DNA of 64,000 nucleotides from Planctomycetota bacterium (GTDB lineage: Bacteria > Planctomycetota > UBA8108 > SXIK01), in contig CBDCXR010000004.1 of NCBI GenBank assembly GCA_965223845.1, positions 4,416,001 through 4,480,000 of the forward strand, given 5' to 3'. Below the pieces are notes generated by a model. That model saw nothing but the letters and a program-made list of their open reading frames with translations. It was not told the origin of the DNA and did no database searches. Numbering within the stretch: the first letter of the stretch is position 1; every line of letters starts with the position of its first letter. A program made the position numbers and the translations under genes. Below are positions 47,330 to 57,213 of this stretch, one piece after another.

Positions 47330-48771
47330 GCACAGGTACGAGATCCAGTGCGGACGGGGAATCGAATCCCGTCCTCGCCGTCGTCGCGGATTCGGTGTTC
47401 GCCGGAAAGGTCTGGGACCGCGAGACGATCGACGACCTCGCCGGACGGGTTGCCGACCGACTCGCCGCGCGTGGGCTGGACGTCGGCGAATGGTCGGCCG
47501 CGGTCGCGCGGGAGCTCGAAGGACAGTCTCCGTCGGACCGAAGGCGCGCTAAGGAGCTCGTCGACAGAAACCGATCTCAGCTCGCGACGCTCGCTCCGCT
47601 TCTCTACGGTGTGACCACGCTCTACTCGATCGAGCCCGACGGCGGCCCCGATCGCGTCACCGAGGCCGCGCTTCAATTCGTGCGTTCACCGCCCGAGTCT
47701 CTTGGGCGGAGCCTTCTCCATCCGGCGTTCCTCGGCGCCGGTCGCTTGGGAGCATTACCGCCCAGAGTCTCCCTCCCGCTGACGCTCGGCACCGACGAAC
47801 GTTCACTCGCGCCGCCCGATTTCGTCGGCGTTCGCTCGAAGGGTCCGGAACGACTCCTCGCAAGACTCGATTCCGCCATGAGCGAGCAGTGGGGATTCCT
47901 CCACGAGCGCGCCGCCGTTTCGAGCTCGGAGGATCTCCCGCTCAATGTGAACACCCTCACCCGGTACGCCTACAACTCGTACGGTGTGAAGGAGATCCTC
48001 GCCGACCTCGATCACCGCGGTGTCGAAAACGCCGCCGTTCTCCTCGTCACCGGATACGAGACCCCCGTACACGAGCTCCTCTCGTCGCCTCGAGTCGGGC
48101 GCGTCGTGGTCATCGACATCGCGCGCCGCGCCTGCTCGCTCGTGGGCGAGAAGTACGCTCGCCACCCGGGGATCGCGAAGCTCTCGCTGGAGCTCGCGGA
48201 TTACTCCGGACTCGAGCCGCGATTTCAGGAGGCCGAAGCCGATCGGCTCGGGGCTCTGTGCGCGGACGGAACCGTTGTGCCCGGCGAAGCTCTCCGCGAG
48301 CACTTCGCCCGGATCGCCGAAGGCTCGCACCGGGAAGCGCTCCCCTTCGCGACGGAGGAGTTCGACGCCGTGCACCTGCCGTTCGTGATGGGATCGGTTC
48401 ACTTCGGCGCGATCACGATCGCGCTCGAGCGCTACCGAACCGCGACCCGTCGCCACGGCTTCGTCGACTACGAGGAGTTTCTGGGCGCGACGGCGCTCGA
48501 CAGCGCCGAGGCAACTCAGGCGACGATCGCGTCCCTGACACACGGATTCCGAGAGACCGACCGGATCACGAAGCGGGGCGGACTCGTCGTGGCGAACATG
48601 TGGATTCGACCGTGGGCGAGCGCGCCACACGAATTGCGTGTATCCGGTGTGCCGATCTCGCCGGAGGCGTTCGACCACCTCATGCGAGGGTACGAGCGCA
48701 AGTTTTCGGGAAACCCGCAGCCGACCCTTCCGCACACCGTCGGGCATATCTTCGAAGCACGCGTGCGCTGA
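47326..48771 (+). CDS. Class I SAM-dependent methyltransferase-fold protein with unknown ~200-aa N-terminal region
   Basis: GTGA overlap with the TIR-STAND stop. VLLVTGYE (degenerate motif I), VVVIDIA, LELAD, ALPFATEEFDAV, RITKRGGLVV. Confidence 0.7.
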   Translation: MSTGTRSSADGESNPVLAVVADSVFAGKVWDRETIDDLAGRVADRLAARGLDVGEWSAAVARELEGQSPSDRRRAKELVDRNRSQLATLAPLLYGVTTLYSIEPDGGPDRVTEAALQFVRSPPESLGRSLLHPAFLGAGRLGALPPRVSLPLTLGTDERSLAPPDFVGVRSKGPERLLARLDSAMSEQWGFLHERAAVSSSEDLPLNVNTLTRYAYNSYGVKEILADLDHRGVENAAVLLVTGYETPVHELLSSPRVGRVVVIDIARRACSLVGEKYARHPGIAKLSLELADYSGLEPRFQEAEADRLGALCADGTVVPGEALREHFARIAEGSHREALPFATEEFDAVHLPFVMGSVHFGAITIALERYRTATRRHGFVDYEEFLGATALDSAEATQATIASLTHGFRETDRITKRGGLVVANMWIRPWASAPHELRVSGVPISPEAFDHLMRGYERKFSGNPQPTLPHTVGHIFEARVR

Positions 48772-48877
48772 CCGCTCTCTCGGCGTCTCGCCGGCGAACG
48801 CCGGAGGTCGAGAATCGCTCCGCTAGCGAAACCGAATCATCCAGACTGCGAGCCGCTGCGAACACCGGCTCGAACCC

Positions 48878-50314
48878 TCACCGTTCCTGCACGGGCGCAT
48901 CCTCGAGCACCATTGGCGCTGAGCGGTCGAGCGTCTTCGCCGTTCGCTGCTCGCTCCCCTCGCGCTCGCCGTTTCCGAGCGTTCTCTCCGCCTGCGCGAC
49001 GAGCTTCTCGAACCGCGCGAGCACATCCGGATTCGCCGCGGAGACATCCGTCCGCTCTTTCAAGTCCGCCTTCAAGTTGACGAGCTTCCCCGGTCGTCCC
49101 TTCCCCGTTCGCTTCGGCGTAGTCCAGTTGGGATGCGTGTTTTCGAGGGGAAGGTGATACTTCCAGTCACCCGAGCGCACTGCTTGGAGCTGTCGGCGAC
49201 GATAGTAGTAGAGCGCCTCGTACGAACTCTTCGCGTTCGGCTCACCGAAGAGGAGCGGTCGAATGTCGAAGCCGTCGATCTTTCGAGCGGGGAGCGACGC
49301 CCCGGAGAGTGCGGCGAACGTCGGGAGGACATCCATCGTCGTCGCGAGCTCCGAAGCGGTCGATCCCGCCGGGATCTTTCCGGTCCAGCGGGCGAGCATC
49401 GGGACGCGCATTCCACCTTCCATCGTCGACCCCTTCGCGCCGGCGAGCGGAGCGTTCGAGCCGCCGTTTCGGCCGTTCGAACCGTTGTCCGAGGTGAAGA
49501 TGACGAGCGTCTTCTCCGCGAGCTTCAATCGATCGAGACACTCGAGGATGCGCCCGGTCGACGCGTCGATCTCCTCGACGGTGTCGCCGTAGCGCCCGTT
49601 CGCGCTCTTGCCGTGAAATTCCGGCGAGGCGAAGAGTGGCAGATGCGGAAACGTGTGCGGGAGATAGAGAAAGAAGTGCTTCGACGCGTTCGCCTCGATG
49701 AAAGCGATCGCCTCTTCGGTGTAGCGCTTCGTGAGCGTCGATTGGTCGGCCGGTGCCTCGATCACCGTCTCGCCGCGAACGAGCGGAAGCGGAGGATCAC
49801 CGCGCCGCTTCGACTGCATGTCGTTCGAGTACGGGATTCCGTAGTAGACATCGAAGCCGTGACGCGTCGGGAGGTGCTCCGGCTGATCCCCGAGGTGCCA
49901 TTTCCCGATGCACGCGGTCGCGTAGCCCTTCGACTTGAGGAGCTCGGCCACGGTCGCTTCACCTGGATCGAGACCGCGACGACTCCGTGGAATGAGCACC
50001 CAGTGCCCGGTGAAGTCCTCGTGCATCCCGACTCGCCGCGGATAGCACCCGGTGAGAAGACTCGCGCGCGACGGCGTGCAGACAGGGCTCGACGAATAGA
50101 AGTCGGTGAACCGCATCCCCTCCTTCGCGAGTCGATCGATGTGCGGCGTCCGATTCTTCGTCGAACCGTAGGCCCCGAGGTCGCCGTAGCCGAGATCGTC
50201 GCAGAAGATCACGACGAAGTTCGGTGCGGCTCCTTGAGCGCGGGTGAGGACGGCCCCGCTGAAGAGAGCTAGCGAAAGCAAAGGAAGGATCAATCGATGG
50301 CGAAGGCGATGCAT
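48878..50314 (-). CDS. Arylsulfatase (formylglycine-dependent, Cys-type)
   Basis: PNFVVIFCDDLGYGD, CTPSR, GKWHLG, FTSDNG, EGGMRVP; signal peptide from ATG 50314. Confidence 0.93.
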   Translation of the reverse strand: MHRLRHRLILPLLSLALFSGAVLTRAQGAAPNFVVIFCDDLGYGDLGAYGSTKNRTPHIDRLAKEGMRFTDFYSSSPVCTPSRASLLTGCYPRRVGMHEDFTGHWVLIPRSRRGLDPGEATVAELLKSKGYATACIGKWHLGDQPEHLPTRHGFDVYYGIPYSNDMQSKRRGDPPLPLVRGETVIEAPADQSTLTKRYTEEAIAFIEANASKHFFLYLPHTFPHLPLFASPEFHGKSANGRYGDTVEEIDASTGRILECLDRLKLAEKTLVIFTSDNGSNGRNGGSNAPLAGAKGSTMEGGMRVPMLARWTGKIPAGSTASELATTMDVLPTFAALSGASLPARKIDGFDIRPLLFGEPNAKSSYEALYYYRRRQLQAVRSGDWKYHLPLENTHPNWTTPKRTGKGRPGKLVNLKADLKERTDVSAANPDVLARFEKLVAQAERTLGNGEREGSEQRTAKTLDRSAPMVLEDAPVQER

Positions 50315-50383
50315 GGCGCTTTCCGAGGATCTGTCGTTGTAGTGGATCATTCGATGGGTTGGCCCGGACTCACGAGTTGGTGA

Positions 50384-50551
50384 TCAGGCGAGTCTTCGGC
50401 CCGTGCTGCGAACTCGTACTCGGTCCAGATTTTTGGCGCGTCGCGCGCGCATGAGTGGATCGGCGAGATACTCCACCGCGTGGTTCGCCAAAGCAACGAA
50501 GTCGCTCGCGACCTTGTCCGCGTCGAGCCGTCGATGGTCGAATCGGTCTAC
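50384..50551 (-). pseudogene. Decayed remnant of a four-helix-bundle (23S rRNA IVP-like) protein gene
   Basis: Hand translation DRFDHRRLDADKVASDFVALANHAVEYLADPLMRA resembles the family N-terminus as I recall it (FDHEKLDVY..A..FV.......YLADQL.RA), with an internal deletion, no start codon and an early stop. Confidence 0.55.
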
Positions 50552-50564
50552 GACGCGCGCCTTC

Positions 50565-50588
50565 GGGAACGGGAACGGGAACGGGAAC
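50565..50588 (+). repeat. (GGGAAC)4 perfect hexanucleotide tandem repeat
   Basis: gggaac gggaac gggaac gggaac read directly. Confidence 0.9.
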
Positions 50589-50668
50589 GTTCACGGGTCA
50601 GAAACTCCAAACTTAGAGCTGTCGTTACGCCGGAGTACTCACGTACGAGTCCGGGTAAACGGAGCTCG

Positions 50669-52651
50669 CTAGCGACCGAGTCGCTCTCGCCACGCCGGAT
50701 ACGTCGATTCGAGGAGCTCCCGCGGACGCAGTCCGTACCAACTGTAGCCGCGACGGCGCTCTTCGCTGATCTCCGCGATGTCGTAGTAGACCTTGCCGTC
50801 GCGATCGCCGAAGACCGGTCGATTCGTTCCGATCTCATAGAGTCGAGACCACACCGCCGTCCCTGCGTCGTCGCCGAACACTCGTCGCATCGCATCCGAA
50901 TTCTGCTCCGTGGGCGCGAGCTTCGCCGGTCCGCCGAGCCATCGAACGGCGGCTTCGATCGATGCCACGACGTCTGAGCTCGGCGACTCGAGCGTCATGA
51001 GAAACTCGATCACCCCCACGCTCTCACTCGAGCAGAGGGAAGCCGGCTCGAACGACCTAGCCGGTCGCGGCTCGAACGTCCCTTCATCGTGCTGCTGGCC
51101 CCAAGCGGTCCGTTCGCCGTCGACGACGATCTGGCACGCGAGAATGCAGGCCACGCCCCGCTCTACGGCATCGGCCGCACGCCGCCGGAGCGACGCGTCC
51201 GCCCAGGCGAAAGGCGGGGCGCCGCGCGCAACGTCGTAGAGAACCGACAGCGCACCCACCATCGCGCCGTCGTTGAACGTGATGTGCCGCGCGTATCCGC
51301 GGGGAGATGGATAGCGCTGCGGCCATCCCCCGTTCTCGTACTGGGCCTCGAGGAGGAACTCGACGCCCAGCTCGCACCCGTGCCGAAATCGCGGCAACTC
51401 GGTCTCCGCGTACACCCGCGCAAGGTCGCGGATCTGGCGGTGAGTGACACCGTTGTCGAGAGTCGTGTCCGCGCGATCCCGCTCGAACCGGTTCTGGATC
51501 CGCGCCGCGCGATCGAGAGGCTTCGTGAAGTCTTTTCCCTTCGCGAATCCGCCCCTGGCGCGCTGGTAGGAAAGAAGAGTGTCGCCGAAACGAACCGCTC
51601 GCTTCTGTTCGGCGGTGAACCCATCGGTCTCCGTCCGGATCTCGAGCTCCGCCGTGTAAATCGAAGCGACGCCCTCGTGCGACGAGTACCACGAGACGAT
51701 TCCTTCGGTGGGCGTGATCGCGACGAAGCCCGGATAGGAATTGTCCCCGCTGCTCGGGAGCTCGGCGAATTCCTTGAGGTCGTTTCCGGCGAGCCAGCAA
51801 AGCGACGTCTTCGGCCCGCGCGGAGTTGAACGCCGACCGCCGACGATCGTTCGTCCCCCCCACCTCGCGAGGAGCGGTCCACCGATGTGACGATCGAGAT
51901 CGCGTCGTTCCCACGTCGAGTAGGGCGGATTCGATCGGAGAAGCTGCGCGGTGCCGCGCCGCCGGCCGATCCCGAGAACACTTCCCCAGCGATCGAAAAG
52001 AAACGCCGTCTCGTCGCCGGCGATTTCTTGAAACGTCGCGCGCTTTCGCCAGACGATACCGTCGTCGCTCTCGAGCATGAGCGATTCGATTTCGTTCGGC
52101 TCGCCTTTCGGCCCCACCGCGAAGCCGACTTTGCGCCGGCCGCAGAGAAAAGCCGTCCCGCCGTGGGTAGCCGCCCGCCACACGTAGTGACCGAACGTCC
52201 CGTCGAGAAGGGTCGGTTCCGACCACTTCTCCCCGTCGTCCGACCACACGCCGTAGCCGAGATGCAGGTTCAGCTCGAGGTCGCGGTTGCTCTTCGCCGG
52301 AGCGTCGCCGCTGTACCACGTTCCCGTGTAGACGAAGAGTCGATTCTTAAAGACGAGAAAGTGAGGGTCGCGCGTGTCTCGCTTCGTTACGCCGAACCGG
52401 TGAACTTGGCGCCAGGATTCAGCGTCCGGGCTCGAAAGCACGATGATCGACGCGTTCGGGCTGACGCCGTGACCATCGGGACAGGTTCGAAACGCGAGGT
52501 ACAACGCGCCCTCGAACACGGTGAGATCGGTGAACGCATTGTGCTGGCCGTCGTCGAAAACCTTGCGCACTTTGCGAACATCGACCGCCGGGGTATCGGC
52601 AATCGCAATCGCCGGAACGAGGACGGCAAGTGTGAGCAGAATCGATTTCAT
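50669..52651 (-). CDS. BNR/sialidase-like propeller fused to pectate lyase PelA (PL10)
   Basis: HNAFTDL, RDP, Asp-box-like SDDGEKW and SDDGIVW, GDNSYPG; PL10 TTLDNGVT, AQYENGGWPQ, HITFNDGAM, WGQQHD, PARSFEP, WSRLYE, ERRRGYSWY. Confidence 0.87.
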   Translation of the reverse strand: MKSILLTLAVLVPAIAIADTPAVDVRKVRKVFDDGQHNAFTDLTVFEGALYLAFRTCPDGHGVSPNASIIVLSSPDAESWRQVHRFGVTKRDTRDPHFLVFKNRLFVYTGTWYSGDAPAKSNRDLELNLHLGYGVWSDDGEKWSEPTLLDGTFGHYVWRAATHGGTAFLCGRRKVGFAVGPKGEPNEIESLMLESDDGIVWRKRATFQEIAGDETAFLFDRWGSVLGIGRRRGTAQLLRSNPPYSTWERRDLDRHIGGPLLARWGGRTIVGGRRSTPRGPKTSLCWLAGNDLKEFAELPSSGDNSYPGFVAITPTEGIVSWYSSHEGVASIYTAELEIRTETDGFTAEQKRAVRFGDTLLSYQRARGGFAKGKDFTKPLDRAARIQNRFERDRADTTLDNGVTHRQIRDLARVYAETELPRFRHGCELGVEFLLEAQYENGGWPQRYPSPRGYARHITFNDGAMVGALSVLYDVARGAPPFAWADASLRRRAADAVERGVACILACQIVVDGERTAWGQQHDEGTFEPRPARSFEPASLCSSESVGVIEFLMTLESPSSDVVASIEAAVRWLGGPAKLAPTEQNSDAMRRVFGDDAGTAVWSRLYEIGTNRPVFGDRDGKVYYDIAEISEERRRGYSWYGLRPRELLESTYPAWRERLGR

Positions 52652-52725
52652 CGCGAGAGGTTCTCGATGGCCACAAGCGAATGTCGGGAGCCCCACCCGC
52701 GCCGCTCACGCTCAGGTCGCACGAA

Positions 52726-54144
52726 TCAAACGAGCACTTCGTCGACGACGCGCCCGTAGACGTCCGTCAGGCGGAAATCCCTGCCCCCGTGACGGAACGT
52801 GAGTCGCTCGTGGTCGATCCCGAGAAGGTGAAGGATCGTCGCGTGGAGGTCGTGGATGTGAACCTTGCCATCGACCGCGCGGTAGCCGTACTCATCGGTC
52901 ACACCGTGAGTCACTCCCCCCCGGACACCGCCGCCCGCCATCCAGATGGTGAACCCGCGGGGGTTGTGCTCTCGCCCGACGTTCTTCCCGCTGCCGCCGA
53001 GATCTTGGCTGAACGGCGTCCGGCCGAACTCTCCCGCCCACACGACGAGGGTGTCGTCGAGGAGACCGCGCGTCTTGAGATCCGTGAGGAGACCGGCGAT
53101 CGGACGATCCGAGATCGCGCACTGCTGCGGCAGCCCCGACCGGATCGATCCGTGGTGATCCCAGCCGCCCATCGAAACTTGGACGAAGCGAACGCCCGCT
53201 TCGGCGAGGCGGCGCGCGAGGAGACACTGCCGCCCAAAGCGATCGGTCGGGCTCTGGTTGATCCCGTAGAGGTCGAGCGTCGCCGGAGTTTCGCCCGCGA
53301 GATCGACGAGCTGCGGCGTCTCCGTCTGCATCCTAAACGCGAGCTCGAATGACTCGATCACCCCTTCGAGCTTTAGATCCGCTCCGGCTCGTTCCAATTG
53401 TCGGCGATTGAAGGTCTGAATCAGATCGATCCGTCGCCGCTGCCGCTCTGCCGGCACCTTCGGGTCGGTGAGATGCCGAATCGGCGGACGGCCCGACGAC
53501 GCGACCTCTTCGATCGGCGTCGCCTGATGCTTCGCCGGGAGGAACGCACTCCCGTAGTTTTTCTCGCCCTCGGCGGGGAGAATCGTGAGGTAGGACGGGA
53601 GGCGAGAGTTCTCGGTTCCGAGTCCGTAGGAGATCCACGCGCCCATCGACGGCAGATGCGCGTTCGTCGTCCCGGTATGGAGCATCTGCGTCGCAACGGG
53701 ATGGTTGGGACTGTCCGTGACCATTCCGCGCAGCACGCAGAGCTCATCGGCGAGCTTTCCGACGTGCGGCCAGAGATCAGTCATATAGAGACCGCACTCG
53801 CCGCGGTGGCGAAATCCCGATACGGGTCCGAGCAGCTTCGTCGCGTCGAGCCCGACCGTGGCTTCGGTCGACGGCAGCTCGAACGGAAGTGACGCCCCGT
53901 TCTCCTTCGCGAGCCTCGGCTTGTAGTCGAACATGTCGACCTGGGACGGGCCGCCCTGCATGAAGAGGAAGATCACACGGCGAGCGCGGGCTCGGTGATG
54001 CGACGCGAGAATCGGCGCCGACCCACCCGCAATCGCGGCTTCATGCAGCATCGCGGAGAGAGCGAGCGATCCGAAGCCGCACGCGGTCGTTCGCAGCGCG
54101 TCGCGCCGCGACGGAAGCTGGAGAAGTGATTCCCGTTCGATCAT
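52726..54144 (-). CDS. DUF1501 domain-containing protein (Tat signal)
   Basis: SRRDAL; VIFLFMQGGPSQVD, PSMGAW, ARRLAEAGVRFV, WDHH, GEFGRTP, DLHATILHLLG, RLTDVYG. Confidence 0.93.
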   Translation of the reverse strand: MIERESLLQLPSRRDALRTTACGFGSLALSAMLHEAAIAGGSAPILASHHRARARRVIFLFMQGGPSQVDMFDYKPRLAKENGASLPFELPSTEATVGLDATKLLGPVSGFRHRGECGLYMTDLWPHVGKLADELCVLRGMVTDSPNHPVATQMLHTGTTNAHLPSMGAWISYGLGTENSRLPSYLTILPAEGEKNYGSAFLPAKHQATPIEEVASSGRPPIRHLTDPKVPAERQRRRIDLIQTFNRRQLERAGADLKLEGVIESFELAFRMQTETPQLVDLAGETPATLDLYGINQSPTDRFGRQCLLARRLAEAGVRFVQVSMGGWDHHGSIRSGLPQQCAISDRPIAGLLTDLKTRGLLDDTLVVWAGEFGRTPFSQDLGGSGKNVGREHNPRGFTIWMAGGGVRGGVTHGVTDEYGYRAVDGKVHIHDLHATILHLLGIDHERLTFRHGGRDFRLTDVYGRVVDEVLV

Positions 54145-54171
54145 GAACCGCTCTCTCCGTCGCGATCTCGA

Positions 54172-57100
54172 TCAATCACGAAACAGAAACGCATTCGACG
54201 CGAGCACGGCGTGACAAAGGTCGACCCACGCCTCGGTGCGGGCTTCCTCGCGGCGCTCGGAGGACGCATGCGTCGCTCCGGCGATCTCGTCGAGAAACTT
54301 CAGCGACGACTCGAGATCATTCTCGTCGGGCCTCCGGCCGAAGGCCAGAAGGAACAGACGCTCGACGCGTGCGCGATCGCTCGCGAGCGGCTCGGCGAGG
54401 ATCCGACGCGCCGCCGCCCGTGCCCGATCCTTGACGAACGGCGAGTTCATCATGAAGAGCGCCTGCGTAGCAACGGTCGTCTCGGCTCGGCGTCCCGTGA
54501 TCGAGTTCGGGTGCGGAAAATCAAAGATATTGAGGATCTCGAGAGGTCCGGCTGGCGGCCGGCGGTGAAGCGGGAGGTAGAGTGAGCGGCGCCACTCGAC
54601 GGACTTCGGCAACTGGCGGCTCGTGTATGTCGGCGGATTTACGTTGCCACCGATCCCGGCAACATTCCCGGGGAGATCGAGGCCGAGCGACGGCCCCCCG
54701 CGTCCGCGATCGAGCTCGCCACTCACCGCGAGGAGTGCATCGCGGATCGACTCGGCCTCGAGACGGCGGCGCGGCATGCGCCAGAGAAGCCGGTTGTCCG
54801 GATCGCGAAGCTCCGCCTCGGTGTCGCGCTCACTCGCCGTGCGATAAGTGCGAGAGAGAACGAGGCGCCGAACGAGCGTCTTGAGCGACCATCCGCTCTC
54901 GATGAACTCGACGGCGAGCGTGTCGAGGAGCTCGGGGTGGCTCGGCCGATCGCCGTGAACGCCGAAGTCGTCGACAGTGCGGACGATTCCCTGTCCGAAA
55001 ATGTGATGCCAAACTCGATTGACGAGCACACGTGCGGTAAGGGGATTCTCGGGATGGACGAGCCACGCCGCGAGCTCGCGGCGGCCACTCGTTCCTGCGG
55101 CGATCGGTGAGCCGGACGGAAGCACCGAGCTCAAGAATCCGCGCGGAATGATCTCCCCGCGGTTGCGAAAGTCTCCGCGGATGTAGATCGCACTGTCGCG
55201 TGGCTCCGCAACGTCGCGCACGGCGAGTGCGTGCGGATCTCCCGGTCGCCCGTACTCCATCGCAGTGACTCGAGACGGGATCGACCGGATCTCACGCTCG
55301 ATCTCGTTGATACGAGCGTGCGTTCGCTTCTCTGCATCCGTTTTCGCGGGATGATCGGCGAGCGACGGCGGACCGCCGCCGAAGAGCTGAATCGCGTAGT
55401 CGCCAGACGCTCGCTCGACTGCGTGCGAGTGGTTGATCCCGCCGCCCGTCCAGCCCGGAAACTCTCCCGAGGCAAATACGCGAAGAGCAGTGTGAGCCTG
55501 CGTGCCGGTGATCTTGTGCGCGCGATAGTCGTCGAACTGGTCGGCGAAGACGACCGAGCCGCCGGAAGTCACCCGCAGGCGATCGACGGCGCCCCCGAAC
55601 CGGCCGGCGTACCGGAGAGAGGGCGAGAAACGGATGCCGACATCCCCGCTGCCGTCGCCGCGGTAGCTAAACGAGACGCGAGAAAACGTCTGAGCTTCGC
55701 GGCCGCTCCGCCACCTTCCGGGACGCACGGAGTGCGCCGCGAGCACCGAGCCGTCGCCCCGAATGATCTCGACACACACCCCGTCGCGCTCGGTCGTCGC
55801 CTGTCCGGCGTTCGCCCAAACCGTCGGGCCGACATCGAACGAGACCTCGTACATCTCTCCGTCTCGGTTCGCGGCAAGCCCCCTGCGCTCGAGAACGTTC
55901 ATCGACGACGCGACGGATCGGTCGAGGATCTCGTCGAAAAGCCGCCCTCGCTCCTCCTCAAGATCGAGCCGCGCGCCGCGAGTCTTCTCGACCGAAGCCT
56001 CGTACGATTCGTCGCGCCGTCGGCGTTCCGCTTTCTCTTCCGGAGTCTCGGGAAGCGAACTCCGGACAATGGTGCTCCAGACGCCCGGACCGTCGTGCCG
56101 AGTCGTGAGCGTGCTGTGAAAAATGCCTGCGAGCGCGTAGTAGTCGCGCGTCGGGATCGGGTCGAACTTGTGATCGTGGCAACGCGCACATCCCACCGAG
56201 AGACCGAGAAACGTACGACCGATCTTCTCGATCTGATGATCGACGACGTCCGCGTGGAGTTGCCCTTTGATGTAGTTCTGAAGCGTCCACGGACCGATCG
56301 CGAGAAAGCCCGTCGCGATGATCGCCTCGCGCCGTTCTCTCACCGTCGGCAGCGGCAGGAGATCGCCGGCGATCTGCTCCTCGATGAATCGATCGATGGC
56401 TCGATCTTCATTGAACGCCGAGACGACGTAGTCGCGGTACCGCCACGCGCCACGAAGGACGACGTTCCCGTCGATGTCGCCGAGATCGGCGTAGCAGGAC
56501 AGGTCGAACCAGCGTCGCGCCCAGTGAACGCCGAACTCGGGCGAGGCGAGGAGACGATCGACGACGCTCTCGAATGCGCGTGGAGAAGGGTCACGGAGGA
56601 ACGCATCCAACTCGCGCGGGTCGGGCGGCAATCCAGTAAGGTCGAAGCTCACGCGCCGAAGCAAAGTCGCGCGGTCGGCCTCGCGGCGTGGAGCGAGCTC
56701 AGCACGCTCGAGTCGCGCGAGAATGAAGCGATCGATGTCCCCCATCGGCCAGGAGCTAGCGCTGACCGGCGGCGGCGGAGAGCGCACCGGACGGCGAAAC
56801 GCCCAGAAGTCGCGCGTCGGCGCAGTCTCCGCGGATTCCTCGTCCACCGAACTTCGCGCGTCCACGCGCGGATCCGGTGCGCCCAGTTCGATCCAGCGTC
56901 GAAAGTGAGCGATCGTCTCCGGCGCTAGCTTCCCCTTCGGCGGCATCTGCAGCGATTCGTCGGCGTAAGAAATCGCCTCCAGGAGAAGGCTCCTCCGCGC
57001 GTCGCCCGGAACGATCGCCGGACCCGAGTCCCCGCCGCGACGGGTCGTGTCGCGGCGGTCCAGCCGGAGCCCGCCTTTCGCCTTCGTCCCGGAGTGACAG

Positions 57101-57213
57101 TCGAAGCATCGCTCGACGAGTACCGGACGAATGTGCCGCTCGAAGTACTCCGTTCCCTTCGGATCCGTTTCACTAACGGTAAGAAGCGAGAGCGTGAGAA
57201 GCGCGGCGTTCAC
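54172..57213 (-). CDS. Planctomycete cytochrome c / DUF1549 / DUF1553 protein
   Basis: CFDCH, MPPKG, IDRFI, LLRRVSFDLTGLPP, CARCHDHKFDP, NPLTARVLVNRVW, PSHPELLD, RRLEAESIRD, QALFMMNS. Confidence 0.93.
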   Translation of the reverse strand: MNAALLTLSLLTVSETDPKGTEYFERHIRPVLVERCFDCHSGTKAKGGLRLDRRDTTRRGGDSGPAIVPGDARRSLLLEAISYADESLQMPPKGKLAPETIAHFRRWIELGAPDPRVDARSSVDEESAETAPTRDFWAFRRPVRSPPPPVSASSWPMGDIDRFILARLERAELAPRREADRATLLRRVSFDLTGLPPDPRELDAFLRDPSPRAFESVVDRLLASPEFGVHWARRWFDLSCYADLGDIDGNVVLRGAWRYRDYVVSAFNEDRAIDRFIEEQIAGDLLPLPTVRERREAIIATGFLAIGPWTLQNYIKGQLHADVVDHQIEKIGRTFLGLSVGCARCHDHKFDPIPTRDYYALAGIFHSTLTTRHDGPGVWSTIVRSSLPETPEEKAERRRRDESYEASVEKTRGARLDLEEERGRLFDEILDRSVASSMNVLERRGLAANRDGEMYEVSFDVGPTVWANAGQATTERDGVCVEIIRGDGSVLAAHSVRPGRWRSGREAQTFSRVSFSYRGDGSGDVGIRFSPSLRYAGRFGGAVDRLRVTSGGSVVFADQFDDYRAHKITGTQAHTALRVFASGEFPGWTGGGINHSHAVERASGDYAIQLFGGGPPSLADHPAKTDAEKRTHARINEIEREIRSIPSRVTAMEYGRPGDPHALAVRDVAEPRDSAIYIRGDFRNRGEIIPRGFLSSVLPSGSPIAAGTSGRRELAAWLVHPENPLTARVLVNRVWHHIFGQGIVRTVDDFGVHGDRPSHPELLDTLAVEFIESGWSLKTLVRRLVLSRTYRTASERDTEAELRDPDNRLLWRMPRRRLEAESIRDALLAVSGELDRGRGGPSLGLDLPGNVAGIGGNVNPPTYTSRQLPKSVEWRRSLYLPLHRRPPAGPLEILNIFDFPHPNSITGRRAETTVATQALFMMNSPFVKDRARAAARRILAEPLASDRARVERLFLLAFGRRPDENDLESSLKFLDEIAGATHASSERREEARTEAWVDLCHAVLASNAFLFRD

